Under the pieces are notes generated by a model. It saw nothing but the letters and a program-made list of their open reading frames with translations. It did not search any database and had not been told where the DNA came from. DNA of 64,000 nt from Podarcis bocagei (lineage: Eukaryota), in assembly GCA_964188305.1 (NCBI GenBank), contig OZ076893.1; one strand, given 5' to 3'. Positions 37,245 to 50,972 of the stretch are shown here, piece after piece. The position numbers were made by a program, and so were the translations under genes. Each line of letters begins with the position of its first letter. Within the stretch, counting starts at the first letter, position 1.

Positions 37245-38028
37245 AATATGGCACTTTAAAGAAAACAGTTGTAGGGATGTTGCACTGTAATAAGCGTTCT
37301 ATCAGTGCCAGCATTTCTGCTTGCCCAAAGGAATGATTTCCCCTCTCCTTCCTCTGGTGGGGGGGGGGCAGGTTCTCAGAGCCAAATGGGCGGGAGGGGG
37401 AGAGGAGGCAGAAAGCCTCATTGCTTTGATGGAAGTAGTTGTATGGGCTTCTGCTAGCAGGATCAGGCAGTTAAATCTGGCCCTCTATATATTTTCTTAA
37501 TCCAGTCTCATATATAATACCAATAATGCCAGTTTTTGAAAAAAGGAATAGCCACATTGAGAGAGAGTATTGTCTCCAACTTTCAAATATATTGCCAGTT
37601 TTCTTTAGGAATAGGGAATTTCAAATCAATTTCCATTGTTACCTACATTTCTCATTGCTAGACTCAAGATAAATCTGGATAACATAAATTTTAGAATGTG
37701 GACCTTTCATTGGTTTGGTATGAATTACAAAGGTTTCAAACTCAGTTGTCTGTATAAATTTCTGATTTGTTCAATAACTTGGTTGGAACAGAGACTGCAA
37801 GTGCCAACAATATGTATACATATTTGTGTAAGGGTTTCATGTTATATGCAGTGATTTTTACCATACTATGATAGTCATTCTTCTTACCCAGCTATTTCTG
37901 TGCCTGCATAACCATTTGCGCAGTATGGTTCATCAATGAATCTTCTGTTTTAAAATCGTTTGCTTGGCTTTCCTGTAAAAGTAGAGTCTTTGTTAGGAAC
38001 TCAGACTATTTCCTTTTCTCTTTCTTAG

Positions 38029-38649
38029 GCTTTGCATCTTCAACCACATACTCATCCGCAGCCGCGCCACCTGTTACAGCAAGCACAGTAGTTTATACAA
38101 GGCCTGCAATAAGTACTTTCTCCGGAACCGTTTCAGGACTTGGAGATGCTTTGAAACAAGGGTCAGCCCATTGGCAGTGCGATACGTGTCTTGTGCAAAA
38201 CAAGCTGGCAGATAACAAATGTGTAGCCTGCCAAGCCGCTAAAGTGCCGATGTCAGATGGTACTAAGCAGACTGGTACTCAGTTTAACTCAGCCTTGAAA
38301 GCAGCTCATTCTACAAAGGGGACACAGGGCTTTGGAGACAAGTTTAAGGCAGCAGCTGGAACTTGGGACTGTGATACTTGCTTGGTCCAGAACAAACCGG
38401 AGGCTACAAAATGTGTGGCATGTGAGACACCAAAACCTGGGACAGGAGTAAAACCAGCCTTTGTGTTTCCTGCAGTCACAGACAATGTAACAACAGTGAC
38501 TTCCTCTTCTGGCTCTACTGATCTCACGGTCAGTTTTGGATTTGGAGACAAATTCAAGAAGCCAAAAGATGCTTGGGAATGTTCTGTGTGCTTAGTGTCA
38601 AATAAGGCAGAGGATAGCAAATGTGTTGCCTGTCAGTCGGACAAACCAG
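38029..38649 (+). CDS. NUP153: NUP153 exon 16 (RanBP2-type zinc fingers 1-3)
   Basis: CTTAG|GC...CCAG|GTGAGT; three W-x-C-x2-C-x3-N-x6-C-x2-C fingers (WQCDTCLVQN, WDCDTCLVQN, WECSVCLVSN). Confidence 0.96.
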
Positions 38650-38986
38650 GTGAGTTTGCCATATTTGGTCATTGATTAGGGTGGGACATATCCATCTATA
38701 ATCCTAAACATCTTTATTATGGCATGGAACTTAGTTTTGAGGAAACAGGCATTGTGCTGTGTGAAGAACCCTATCTTGAAAAGAAAACAATAGAGGGCAC
38801 CACTGAATATTTACTGGAGTTTTAATATGTAAGAACATATGGGAAGTACAGACTAACATTTCATGCATGGGTTCCGTTTCTGGCCCCTGCGCTCATCAGC
38901 AGAGCATGCCCCACCTTCATTTTGGATCCAAAAGGACCTGCGTGTCTGTGCACACCATTTGGATGCGCCTAAAATGGTCACCCTGA

Positions 38987-39351
38987 GGGACGCGGGTGGC
39001 GCTGTGGGTAAAACCTCAGCACCTAGGACTTGCCGATCGTATGGTTGGCGGTTCGAATCCCCGCAGCGGGGTGAGCTCCCGTCGTTCGGTCCCAGCTCCT
39101 GCCCACCTAGCAGTTCAAAAGCACCTTTAAAAAGTGCAAGTAGATAAATAGGTACCGCTTTATAGTGGGAAGGTAAATGGCGTTTCCGTGTGCTGCGCTG
39201 GTGCCGGCTCGCCAGAGCAGCTTCGTCACACTGGCCACGTGACCCGGAAGTGTCTTCGGACAGCGCCGGCTCCCGGCCTCTAGAGTTGGATGAGCGCACA
39301 ACCCTAGAGTCTGCCAAGACTGGCCCGTACGGGCAGGGGTACCTTTACCCT
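38987..39351 (+). mobile_element. Sauria SINE
   Basis: GGGACGCGGGTGGCGCTGTGG head, box B GGTTCGAATCC, ACCTTT-type tail; flanking direct repeat TAAAATGGTCACC (38970-38982, 39352-39364). Confidence 0.9.
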
Positions 39352-39860
39352 TAAAATGGTCACCACCTGTATTTGAGTTATATCCAGTGCTAGTCCCACT
39401 TGCAGTAGATCCATTGAAGTTAGGGGGCATGACTAACTTAGGTTAATTAATTTCAGTGGGTGGGATTCACCTAATGCACCCTGTCAGCAGAAGCCCTGCA
39501 CAACGACCTCAGCTTTCACAACAGGGCCCCTCGCCTCATGTCCATGAAATTGGCTCAGGGGTTGGTGTTTCAGGAGGACCCCCGCCCCCCACCAGGACAG
39601 CATGGCGAGGGTAGTTATTCCATTTGGCAAGCTGCAACACTTGCACAAACAGAACATTTGTAATAGTGCATTGCTCAGTTCCACCTACTGGGTCTACACT
39701 GAGTAGAACTTAGTTGGATATTACCCCCATATTACCTATTTATAGTTAAAGTTCCTGTTCTCAACCCTTATTTCTGTCCCTATGTGGTATGGTAACCAAG
39801 CTAGCATGGTGGTCAGCAGTTATAAATAGGGTCTCAGCCTATTGACACCTTTGGACAATA

Positions 39861-40138
39861 CAGTGGTGCCTCGCAAGATGAAATTAATCCGTTCCGCGAG
39901 TCTCTTCGTCTTGCGTTTTTTTCGTCTTGCGAAGCACGGCTACTAGCGGCTATTAGCGGGTTAACGGCTATTAGCGGCTTTAAGAAAAAGGAAACAAACT
40001 CGCAAGAACTCGCAAGACGTTTCGTCTTGCGAAGCAAGCCCATAGGGAAATTCGTCTAGCGAAGCAACGCAAAACCGAAAAACCCTTTCGTCTAGCGAGT
40101 TTCTCGTCTTGCGAGGCATTCGTCTTGCGGGGCACCAC
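39861..40138. mobile_element. Mariner-type MITE (same family as 33828-34080)
   Basis: TA|CAGTGGTGCCTCGCAAGA...TCTTGCGGGGCACCAC; the right terminus is slightly damaged. Confidence 0.85.
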
Positions 40139-40768
40139 ATAATAACAGTAATTTTCTCCCAGTTATTCATGAAATAAATGGAATTTTATAGCTTTCTGAA
40201 ACTATTTTGCATGTTACCCTGAACAGTTAAAGTTCATGAGGTTGTCACTGGTATATTAATTACTATAGTACTGAATTTAAGAAGATAATTTCCCTTGTCA
40301 AAATTACGGTTCTGGTGATTTCAAAATACTCTAGTTGGTTTACAAATATTTTTCCCTTTCATTCTCACCTGAGATCTCTTATGAAGACGTTGAAGAAAAT
40401 ATCACCTATTTCCCTATAAAAATATAGACATAGAAAAGGTCATAAACTGGAATACCTAACAATTAAAAAGTATGGGCAACTTTAATTGTTGCTTCAGATG
40501 AAGAATACACAAATAGCACTTGCTAGGACAGAGCAGAAAAAATTGCTAAATTCTAGGAGTATAAATCATTTTAATTTAGATGGTTTAGATTGCTTTAACA
40601 TAGCAAGTTTTCCTAAGTTTCCCTTCGTCAAAGGGCAATTATTGCAGTTTGGATAATTCAATTTCTAAGTTTCTCTTGCAAGTTTCAAATAGGTATTTTC
40701 AGCTTTGTTTTTGGTCTACATGGGCAGAACTGCTAATGGTTTACTTTATGCTATGTTTCATTATCTAG

Positions 40769-40963
40769 GAAGTTCAGTGCCTGTGGTGAGTAGCAGTGCT
40801 TCCTCTTTACCTGCTTTTTCTGGAGGATTTCTAGGCTTAGACAAATTCAAGAAGCCGGAGGGAAGCTGGGACTGCGAAACATGCTTAGTACAAAACAAAG
40901 CAGATGCCACAAAGTGTGTTGCTTGTGAGAGTTCAAAACCAGGCAGCAAGACTGAACTCAAAG
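40769..40963 (+). CDS. NUP153: NUP153 exon 17 (zinc finger 4)
   Basis: TCTAG|GA...AAAG|GTAGG; DKFKKPEGSWDCETCLVQNKADATKCVACESSKPG. Confidence 0.95.
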
Positions 40964-41544
40964 GTAGGTAAAGAGTATAAATGCTCTCTCAAAAAAATCA
41001 TGTGTGCGTATTCTGCTCCTTAATTTTCTCCTCCTTTTTAATTTGCCCCTCTACCCACGACTCAGGCTTTCACCTCTAAATAAGGAGAGCCATGCCCAGA
41101 AGCAGTTTTCTGCAGTTGTGTCACTTGTTGGATCCAAAACTGCTCGGCTAAGTCAGATAAAAGTACCTGAAAAGTACATCTCAATGTGGATGAGAGATGT
41201 ATATTCAAATCTATGCTAAGTGCACATTCAATGAAAACAAAGGAGTGAATATAGATCACATCTGCAATGGATACACCTCCAATTTATCCCCATATCCTTT
41301 AAACTCTGAAAGGTCCCCTCACCCTATCAAGTTAAGGAACCTTTGGGTCTAATTGCCCCCCCAACCCTTTCTCCTCCAGGCAGCCAAAAGGCATTGTCTG
41401 ATTTCAGGAATGCAGTGCATCTGACAAAATCACTCAAGGGTTCAAGGCAGGGCCAGAAAGGGGTATGTTGCCTGGGGAAGTCCCAAGGACTAGGTAGAGA
41501 GGTCTAGAGAGTAGCATTTGTCCTGGGCCTAAGCTTAGCCGTTC

Positions 41545-42340
41545 CTTTTTATTAATCAGTTTTTATTGGTTTTCATAAATATATCATACATTATTCAACT
41601 TAACCAAGCAATCGTTTTATAAATTCCCTCCTCCCACTTGGCTTCCCTCCATTTCCATTTCCGTTTCTGGTTTGTTAAACCACTTGTTGCATTTTGCTTC
41701 TTATATATACTGTAGTAATATACTATCACATTGTTGTCTTTCTTGTTCTCTCTGATTACATTATGTATGTTTATTTAAAACCTGCCAAAGAGTCCATACT
41801 TTTACATTGTTTCTGCAGATATGTTACAAAAGGTTCCCATTCTTTTCCAAAGTCACTATTATCTTTTTCACACAGTTTATCTGTCAATTTTGCTAATTCT
41901 GCATATCCCATCAACTTTTCATGCTATTGTTCTTTGGATGGTATTTCTCCCATCTTCCAGTTTTGTGCTATTAGAATTCTTGCTGCTGTTGTCGTATATA
42001 TAAATAGTGTCCTCATTTCTTTCTTCACATCTTGTCCTAAAATACCCAACAGAAAAGCTTCTGGTTTTTTTACAAATGTTACTTTAAACATTTTTTCCCA
42101 ATTCATTATAAATCATTTCCCAATAATTTTTTACAATCTTACATTCCCACCACATATGGTGAAACATCCCTTCCTTTTCTTTACATCTCCAGAAAATCTT
42201 TTGTTCTGTTTTGTACATCTTTGCTAATTTAACTGGGGTGATATACCACCTATACATCATTTTCATGTAATTCTCTTTTATTAAAGTACAATCCGTAAAC
42301 TTAAGATTTATCTTCCAGAGCCTTGTCCAATCCTCAAATC
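41545..42340 (-). mobile_element. L1-clade LINE 3' fragment
   Basis: Minus-strand ORF2 C-terminal remnants (MMYRWYITPVKLAKM...WRCKEKEGMFHHMWWEC, a decayed CCHC knuckle; FLLG...TAARILIAQNWK). T-rich tail at the left end. Confidence 0.8.
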
Positions 42341-43374
42341 AGCAATTCCTGAATCAGGAGCACATACCTCCTGTAACTTCACTTTCCCATCTCTGCAGCC
42401 CTTTAAATGGCAGTTTCCCCCTCTTACCGGGGGGGGGGGGGAGGAGGAGAGAAACTGGGCTTGGTGCAGTTGAGCGCTTTATGGGGATAGGTCCCAGACT
42501 GAATGAAAGCAAGCTCTTCTCAATTTCCTTTTACTGAACCTTCCAATTCCAGGTGATGAGGGCTCATGCCTGCATGCTGCTCTCTGCTGCCAGCAAGTCT
42601 TGGCAGCCTGAGAGCGGTGTACATGTTTATTAACCCATTTGTAGCAATTGTGCTGCTGCTGCTCCCCCCCCCGCCCCCCCCCCACTTTCAAAGTAAGATT
42701 TTCCTGCATTCCTCAGGGATAGTCCTCTCCTGTCTACACTGGCTCCCTCTCCTCTCCTTTCCCCATCCCTCAGCATTCAGGGCATGCACTTTACAAGCAG
42801 GGGGACTGATTTCATTCCAGTGAAATTTGCTAACTTGCTAAATTTGCTTTTAAAAAGGCAAGTGGCCTTTGAAAAAACATACTTTTATAGAATATCCTAG
42901 TCTTCAAATAGAATTCATTAAATCTCCCCAGAATGTGGCCATGTGTAGTCACACTTGTCAGGTCACACCCTGTGTATAATTACATTACCTTAATAGAATA
43001 TTTTTAATTCTTTCAGTAACATTTTACGTACACCTCTATTCACTTTATGTGAATGGTGAGGCCCTCTTCAAATTTACTGAGGAAAATACATTTATCCTCT
43101 TTCCAAATTACTCTGTGCTTCTTATTTCCTAACCTGAACTCATCAGTAATCCGTGAGCTAGAATGAGTTATTATAACACCAGTTATGGTGGTGAAGAGAA
43201 GTCACAGTATTGGGAAGTGAGAATGATTATTTTTCTAACAAAAAACTTTTTTTACATAAAAATGTTGCTATGATTGATTTACAAAACAATTAAGACTTGA
43301 CCCTGCAGCATTTCTCTGTATAAAAAAGGTTATGTTGGGTTTGTAACACATTTGGTGTTTTATGTTATTTTCAG

Positions 43375-44238
43375 GTTTTGGAACTGCTGCTGTTTCTACA
43401 GTCCCATCTACTACTTCCTTCAAATTTGGTATTCAGTCATCACCGTCAGAGCTGCCTCAGACGCTGGGAAATGCAGAAAAAAGTTTCAAATTTGGAGAGC
43501 AAACAGGATTCAAATTTGGTATTACATCAGAGCTGGGATCATCAACAAACACAATGACTGGAGGATTTAAATTCTCGAAAACAGAAGGGTCCAAACTGGG
43601 AAGCTTTCCTTTGGAATCTGAATCGGAGGACAGTGTGAAAGATGGCAAGAGCAATAGTAGTTTCAACTTTGGACTTCCCTCTGGGGCTAAAAGTACGCCT
43701 TCTACATCATTTCAGTTTGGAATAGCTAACCTTGGACAGCAAGAGAAGAAAGAAGGACTTAGCAAGCCTGCTGGAGGAGGCTTTACTTTCGGCACAGGTT
43801 CCACAGCCTCTGCAGCTGCACCTGAGAGTAAAACTGGAATAAGCGGTTTCAAATTTGGTAATACAGAGGAAAAGGAAACTTCAGTCACTCCCTTCTCCTT
43901 TAAGAAAGTGGAGGAGAAAAAAGATGAAAACCCTTCAACAAAAGGTGGCTTTACTTTTGGTAATGTAGAATCCGTGCCCACCCCGCAGCTTGTTTTGGGA
44001 AGGACAGATGAAAAACCGGACACTGTTGCCCCTTCCTATCCATCAGTATTTGGAAAGAAAGCAGAAAATGAAGAATCAAAGGCACAACCCATGTTTCCAT
44101 TTGCGAAGGCAGAGCAAACCAAAGATGACAGCACAGCAAAATCTGGATTTAGTTTCAGCCTAGCAAAACCAGCAGAGAAAGAAACTGAACAACAAGCAAA
44201 GCCTGCTTTTATGTTTGGAGCACAAGCAAGCACTGCAG
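43375..44238 (+). CDS. NUP153: NUP153 exon 18 (FxFG repeats)
   Basis: TTCAG|GT...GCAG|GTAGG; 864-nt open exon rich in FKFG/FNFG/FTFG. Confidence 0.96.
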
Positions 44239-44495
44239 GTAGGTACAAAAATTCCTTATAATTTATCCCATCATGTTGTGAAACGGATTTTTTTTGACAG
44301 GTGATTTAAGAAACTGAACTATGAAGAGACCTTGAGATCAATGATAGAGGCTTGTAATATTATCTCTGTTGTTGTCCTTTTGCTTCTGAAATAATCTGTT
44401 AATGAACACCACTTTTTGAAAGCCTACAGAAGTGTTTTATTTTGAAATGGGCAGTGTTCTTGGAAAAGGCAAATACCCCCTGGATAGCTTAAGGC

Positions 44496-44745
44496 CAGGG
44501 GTCAGCAAACTTTTTCAGCAGGGGGCCGGTCCACTGTTCCTTAGACCTTGTGGGGGACCGGACTATATTTTGAAAAAAAATAATGAACGAATTCCTATGC
44601 CCCACAAATAACCCAGAGATGCATTTTAAATAAAATGACACATTCTACTCATGTAAAAACACACTGATTCCCAGACCGTCCATGGGCTGGATTTAGAAGG
44701 TGATTGGGCCGGATCCGGCCCCTGGCCTTAGTTTGCCTACCCATG
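44496..44745. mobile_element. hAT MITE (empty relative of 6818-7575)
   Basis: CAGGGGTCAGCAAACT...AGTTTGCCTACCCATG, flanked on both sides by GCTTAAGGC. Confidence 0.9.
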
Positions 44746-47700
44746 GCTTAAGGCCTACAGTGGGAAACTAGCCATACAAATAAGGTACGCAGTTCCTGTA
44801 GGCCTGTAATCTCTCGATAAAGCTCAGCGCAAGCTCAGGCAACCTGCCTGTAAGCAGGGTGCAAATGTGATGCTTTGTAACAACTCATTTGATCTTCTAA
44901 ATTGGAGTCTTACAAACATTTTATTTAAGAATTCTGATAGCAAACCTAATTAAGACAAACTGAGTTTATTTTAGAAGAGTTGGTAGTGGGAACTATTATT
45001 TACACTTAAATATTTTAAGTGAATATTGTAGATGTTCTTTTGCTATGGAATAGCAGCCATTTCTGATTATAAATCCTTAGGATTGTGCATAGGTCATTTA
45101 ATTGCCAGCTTTTGGAAACTGCTGTCACCATTAGATTTGGGATGCTGTTCAGTTGAATGACTTATTACCAGGCTGTAGGTCTTTACAGTGGCTGATCATA
45201 AAACATTAAACGAAAATGTATTTGTGGGCACTTCAGTTTCCAGGGTGAATATCAAATAAACCATGACAAATTTTGTGGGCTGCCTTAGGGGTCCCAAATA
45301 ACTAAGAAGAACTCTTCAATCTTTTGAACATATTTGGCACATTTAATGTGCATAACATAGTTGGCTATAAATAACTGTTTTCAATACTTAATGATTTAAT
45401 TTTCATCAGTTATTTAAATTTTGTCCTTGGCATCAGTATCTCTTATAGCTTTTCTAAATTAATGCTTTAAATGCTTGACTATCAAGTTCACTGATTTGGG
45501 GGGGTTTTTACTGGTCAAATAGCCAATACTAAACAACAGCTCTTAAAGAAAGCAATGGTTTCAGAGTAGGAAATTGGAACAGGAATCATACTTTGAAAAA
45601 ATGAATACATTAATTGAACGAGAATTGTATGTAACAGTCTTTGCACATGGATAATTATGAATGAATTATTTCATAGGAGCTGGGGGGAAATTACAATCAG
45701 GGAAATAACCACAGAACATCAGGGTCTTATAATTACTGTTTTATTATTTATTACAAGGGGAGAGAGATAGCATGGAGCAAGAGAACGAAGACACAAAGTT
45801 CAGTAACAACTTATGATAGATGCAAGATGGAAAAGGAAGCCAATATTAGAAATTGGACATGGGAATTATATGGTCAAAGCAGTGTGCATAACATCAAATG
45901 AACAGAAGAATTGAGAACAGATTTTTAAGATGGAGGAGGAATATAAAACATTACAATGATTGAGTCTGCAAAAAGGGAATGTAAAAGTGTCCCCATTATA
46001 GAAAGAGACTAATGATCTTAGAGTTAAGAAGAAAAACTGGATTGAAGACAAGGGAATTATGTGAGAAAATAATCCAAGTAAATGTAAGGAAAGGGAAAAA
46101 TAATTTCGTGAACGAAGAATTGAGAAAGAACAGGCATGAGGCAAAACCAATGTGTTTGGTTTTAGATGAAATAGGAGCTTAGTGAGAAGACACTTGGTGA
46201 GGCATCTAGAACTATTGAGATAAGAGGCAAGATCGTGAGCAGAGAAATGGAGATGTAAGTCAATAGGTTAAAAACAGTTTAAGATAAAGACATGGATAAT
46301 GGAAGCAAAAGGAAGATTATATAGGACACCTGTAACAGAACATTGTAGATCCTAGGAATCGGTCTCTCTTACTAAAGAGTTTTACTACAGTTTTACTAAA
46401 TTAAAACAAAATATAAAGGAGAGGGAGAAAAGTAAAGACTGTTGAGGAAAATAATGACATTAGTTTAAAAAAATGCTATTCATGCTTTTTTAAGATCAGA
46501 CAAAACAATGGAAACAGAAAAAATAGAATATTGGAAGGAGGTGGAGGAGATCCTGGGATTTAAAAATAAGATACTGTACTTCACATTTATGTAGCTGCCA
46601 CTGACTATTCAACGCATTTTGCATACATAATTAGAAATTTGAGTGTTCCCCTCCAGTAAAAATAATGAAAATGGAATAAGCAAGTCAAAAGCAGTACTAG
46701 TAAAGGAAAGAGAGAGAATGCAAGCACCGCCCACTGAATAATTTTGGAAACATTCTGAAGGAGAAAAATAGAATGATATAGGAAATGGGAGAGTTGAAAG
46801 GAAGGTTTTTTGGAAGTAATGAGAGTATGTCCAAGAGAACAGTATGTGAAGATGAAGAGAAGATCAACATAGGAGCTAAACACAGAGGAGCTATAGGAGA
46901 AGCATAAAGAAGGAATAGAGTGAAGAGTGAAAAGAGGCTGGTTGGAAAAATGTTTACCAACATAGGCCAGGGTTTATTCAAGGTGAAAAGGAGAAGGAAT
47001 ATCAGACCAAGAATACAAATTTGACACCCTCTGCTGTTCTGCCACTGTTGCATTGTCATTTGCATGTGGTTGGTAGAGCAACTGCAAGGTTCAATCAAGG
47101 CCTTGCTATTTAGACCACGTTCTGGCACACAAACACATCTATGTCAACCCTGTTTTCATGTCACCTGACATCAGGATATCTTATTGCAAAGTGGGTGGCA
47201 ATTGATCAACCTGGTGTAGCAGTCCTATGCCTTGGTGCAAGCATAGTGCTGACCCATTTCAGGCAACATTGGTTTAAATTATCTATGGTTTATCAGAAGG
47301 AGCATTGTGCCTGCACATCTCATCCTCTTTATGGGGTGTTAAAACAATAATTTCTTGTAACATCTGAACTGAGAAATTGTGACCTCATCTCCCAACTGCA
47401 AACCAGGTTTTGAAAATTCAAGTTTGATATTCTGCTTTTTATTTAACTTTATTTAACATTTATTTTTAATTAATTAAATCATACTTTCCTGGTGCAAATA
47501 TAATGGGCAACTGTTTGTGATTTAGTTTTGGGTTATGGCTCATTAGAGAAGAAACCACGTTGAGCATAGTGCTTGTCCCAAGTTCAGTAAATCATGATTT
47601 ATTAGACAGCAGTTGTCATACCTGAAATGACTGGCCGTTGTGTCTCATAACTGTGATGCCATTTGTGCAAAACATGGTATAGCTTTCGTAGGATTCTTAG

Positions 47701-47849
47701 GTGAATTTTCTCATGGACATTTCCACATGCAATTCCTGAAATCCTTTATGGCATCTAAAATCTAGCTTTCTACTTCTCAGCCAGTGAATAGAAGTGGAAG
47801 TTGTCCAGTTAAGATCCACAGTTAGTTTTACAACAGTTGAGGAAGGGAT

Positions 47850-48665
47850 AAAAGACAGGATTCAAGATGACGATGAACTGAGCCAAAGCTAACAAAATGA
47901 ATTTGAAAGATAAATGTAGAGATCTGTGTTTATCTAGACTTCTAGATAGTAAGCCTGAGGTCAGAGACTGCTGTCATTTTGGTAACACTCACCTGATCTG
48001 CTATGTACAGTTCTGGGCACCACAGTGCTCTGCATTCTACTGAAATTTGAGTTAGTCCAGAGGAGGGCAACAAAGATGGTGAGGGGCTTGGGAACCAGGT
48101 CCTATGAGGAAAGGTTGAAGGAGATGTTTGTGTTTACCTAGGGGAAGATATGGTTAAGAGGTGATATTGATAGCCATCTTCAAATACAGTGGTACCGTGG
48201 GTTACAAACACTTCAGGTTACAGTCTCCGCTAACCCGGAAGTAGTACCTCGAGTTAAGAACTTTGCCCCAGAATGAGAACAGAAATCGCACGGTGGCACC
48301 AGCAGGAGGCCCCATTAGCTGAAGTGGTATCTCAGGTTAAGAACGGACCTCTGGAACAAATTAAGTTTGTAACCAGAGGTACCACTGTATTTGATATCTG
48401 TCACACAGATGATGGAGCAAATTTGTTTTCTGTTACTCCATGGGGTAGACCCTAATCCAACAAAGTGCAAATTACAAAAACCTAAATTTCAGCTAAACAT
48501 TTCTGACAATATAAGCTGTTTGACAGTGAAACAAACTGCTATTGGACTTTCCTTCATCAGAGATGTTTAAAAAGAGGCTGGGTGGTTACCTATCAGAGAT
48601 GTCATAGTAGTGGGTTTCCTGCACTGGATCTTTGATATACAAGCCAACACAGATTCTGTGATCTA
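47850..48665 (+). mobile_element. Decayed CR1 LINE 3' region
   Basis: CR1 ORF2 3' signatures (CAGTTCTGGGCACCACA; GTCCAGAGGAGGGCAACAAAGATGGTGAGGGG; TATGAGGAAAGGTTGAAGGAG), ending ATTCTGTGAT. Confidence 0.75.
48187..48387. mobile_element. Mariner-type MITE nested in CR1
   Basis: TA|CAGTGGTACC...GGTACCACTG|TA; the CR1 sequence resumes after it. Confidence 0.88.
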
Positions 48666-48723
48666 GCTTTACTCTGCATCTTCATTTCTTTCTAAAAATA
48701 ATGTTAATCCCTTTCACTTTCAG

Positions 48724-49107
48724 ATCCAGGATCAGCAAAGTCTACATTTGGCTTCCTGAGCTCTAGTTCCTCCAACACTGCTGTGCAAAGTGTTGCTGCT
48801 GCTGGTGGTGCTGGTGGCGGCGGCGGCAGTGGCGTGTTCAGCAGCACCACCTCTTCCTCAAATCCTGCCCCACCAAGCTTTTTGTTTGGACAGGCCAGCA
48901 ACACTGTGAGCAGCTCTGCTTTTGGTAATCCCTCTGACTCCAGTACAACCCAGTCCTTTGGGTTCTCCCAAGAGAGCAAGCCACCAACAACCACTTCCAA
49001 TACAAGTGCTCCTGCTCCATTTCTTTTCGGTACAGCAGCCACCACTAACAGTGCAGCCAACACTGGCTTCAGTTTTGCAGCAGCCACCACAACAGCAGGT
49101 CCTGCAG
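48724..49107 (+). CDS. NUP153: NUP153 exon 19 (FG region)
   Basis: TTTCAG|AT...GCAG|GTATG; DPGSAKSTFGFLSSSSS...FLFGQ...FLFGT. Confidence 0.92.
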
Positions 49108-50049
49108 GTATGCTCAGAACTTGAAGAGATTTGGTTTGTGGCTGTCTATTGAGGGATTTGTTTTCCAGAAACTTGGCTGTAGAACAACATACAGAGGGCT
49201 TTGAAAAAGGTTGACTTGGCAAACTTATCAGTGCTATGACAGTTACGTTCCATAACAAATTCAACTGGTTCAAATTGAATGATACTTATATAATGTTCTT
49301 CCTAAGTGGGGGGGGGGGGGGGAGAGAGAGAGAGAGACCAGCTTTTCTAAAGCTACCCAGTGTGGTGTTGGCTGAGCTGACATTGAACAGGGATTGCACA
49401 GTTCATAATCGTAACTGGCAGTGCTACACCAGCTACATACATTCCATTGATGGGCTCTGTGCGCCAAATACTGCTGTAATGTTTTACTGTAGCAATGTGA
49501 ATGTTCAAAACAACGCTTTCCTCTGCACTCACTGGAAGTCTTCTTCCTACTGCTACTTTGCCTTCAGCCAGCTGTCTCTTGATGCCTTCTGTTTTCCCTT
49601 TGTCAATGTGCCTACCTTCCCTTCAATTGTTTCCTGTTGCAAAAATGGAGTGCAGTGTTACAGTGGCAACATGTATGTGCATTAGTTTTAGGCACTTGAT
49701 GTTCAGTAGAGGACTGCTTTCATCCCTAGCAGTGGACTGACCTGGTGATAAGGTTCATATGTACCCATTTTTAACTGGGTAGGAGTTTTCTCTGAGGCAT
49801 GGTCACATGCACTTTTGTAGGGACCCTCTCAGTTAACATACAGGAATTAGCAATGCAAATCCACTTGTAGTCAGAGATAAAAGAGCAGGTAGAGTTACTG
49901 AACATTTCAGACAGTTTAACATTAAAGATCAGCTGAAATAAACTGTTAAATAAGCAAAAGCCTATATACCCCAGGGTAGAATCTAAATAGTTAAATTCTT
50001 AACCATCGAGAGCAGTTCTCAAGTTTATTCTGCTCACTTGTTTTTCTAG

Positions 50050-50325
50050 GTTCATCCTCTTCATTTGTGTTTGGTTCTGGGTCTTCAGCTCCTCCAACTG
50101 GTCCTGCATTTGGTGCCAGCCAAACACCAACATTTGGTCAAAGTCAAGGCTCCAGCCAGCCCCCTGCTCCAACCTTTGGATCACTCTCCTCCTCATTATT
50201 TTCTACTGGTGCTCAGCCTGCGCCTCCAGCTTTTGGCTCTGTGTCAAGCAGTACACAGCCTCCTGTCTTTGGACAACAAGCTACCCAACCACCTAGTTTT
50301 GGCTCTAGTACAGCTCCTAATTCTG
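50050..50325 (+). CDS. NUP153: NUP153 exon 20 (PxFG repeats)
   Basis: TTCTAG|GT...TCTG|GTAAG; PAFGASQTPTFGQSQG...PPVFGQQ. Confidence 0.93.
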
Positions 50326-50859
50326 GTAAGTAAAACCTCTAGAGGTCTTGGTTGTAGGCTGGTGGTGTTGCTAAGGCAGAGCTATGTTTAAGTGGTTCCA
50401 TCCTAATTTTTCAATCTTCTTTGCATGCTAACCTGTGCTAGCATCATGAGTGCCACTTTAAAATACTTCTTGAATCAAATTCTGTTTGCAAATTAACTAT
50501 TGATTTGAAAAGTTGAGTAGTATTGATGTAATACTAGAAACAGAAAATGATCTAGATATGCTTCAAGTGGTATGTGCTTACCTCCATATAGTGTGCATGC
50601 AAGGTCAAGTCAAAACATCTGTAGACGGAGCACAAGTGATTTCTTGGTTTGAGAATCCCTTATACACACACATTCTTTGTGCAAATGGCATAGAATTTAT
50701 AAATGATAAGTTCCTCTTAACTCTGTGCTCAGAATTTTTTGTTTTGTATTGATAAAATTACAGCTCAGTGGGATACTGAACATAGGAGTGTAAAATGTTT
50801 ACGTGGAGACAGATAAACGTCATTGTCAAAACACACAATGTATTTTGAAAGATCTAGTT

Positions 50860-50972
50860 CAGGGGTCAGCAACCTTTTTCAGCTGTGGGATGGTCCACCG
50901 TCCCTCAGACCATGTGGTGGGCCGGACTATATTTTGATGAAAAACAACGAATTCCTATGCCCCACAAATAAC
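50860..50972. mobile_element. Truncated hAT MITE (one end only)
   Basis: CAGGGGTCAGCAACC...GAATTCCTATGCCCCACAAATAAC, homologous to the left halves of 21923 and 44496. Confidence 0.75.

Noticed and set aside
38987-39070. tRNA gene (box B GGTTCGAATCC)
   Set aside because: It is the tRNA-derived head of a Sauria SINE; a second copy is at 60288-60654.
41694-42227. 177-aa hydrophobic plus-strand ORF
   Set aside because: Antisense shadow of the L1 ORF2 fragment on the minus strand.
45700-47030. Purine-rich block as a possible gene or unknown element
   Set aside because: No sustained ORF. Composition suggests a heavily decayed LINE, but I cannot support a family or boundaries.
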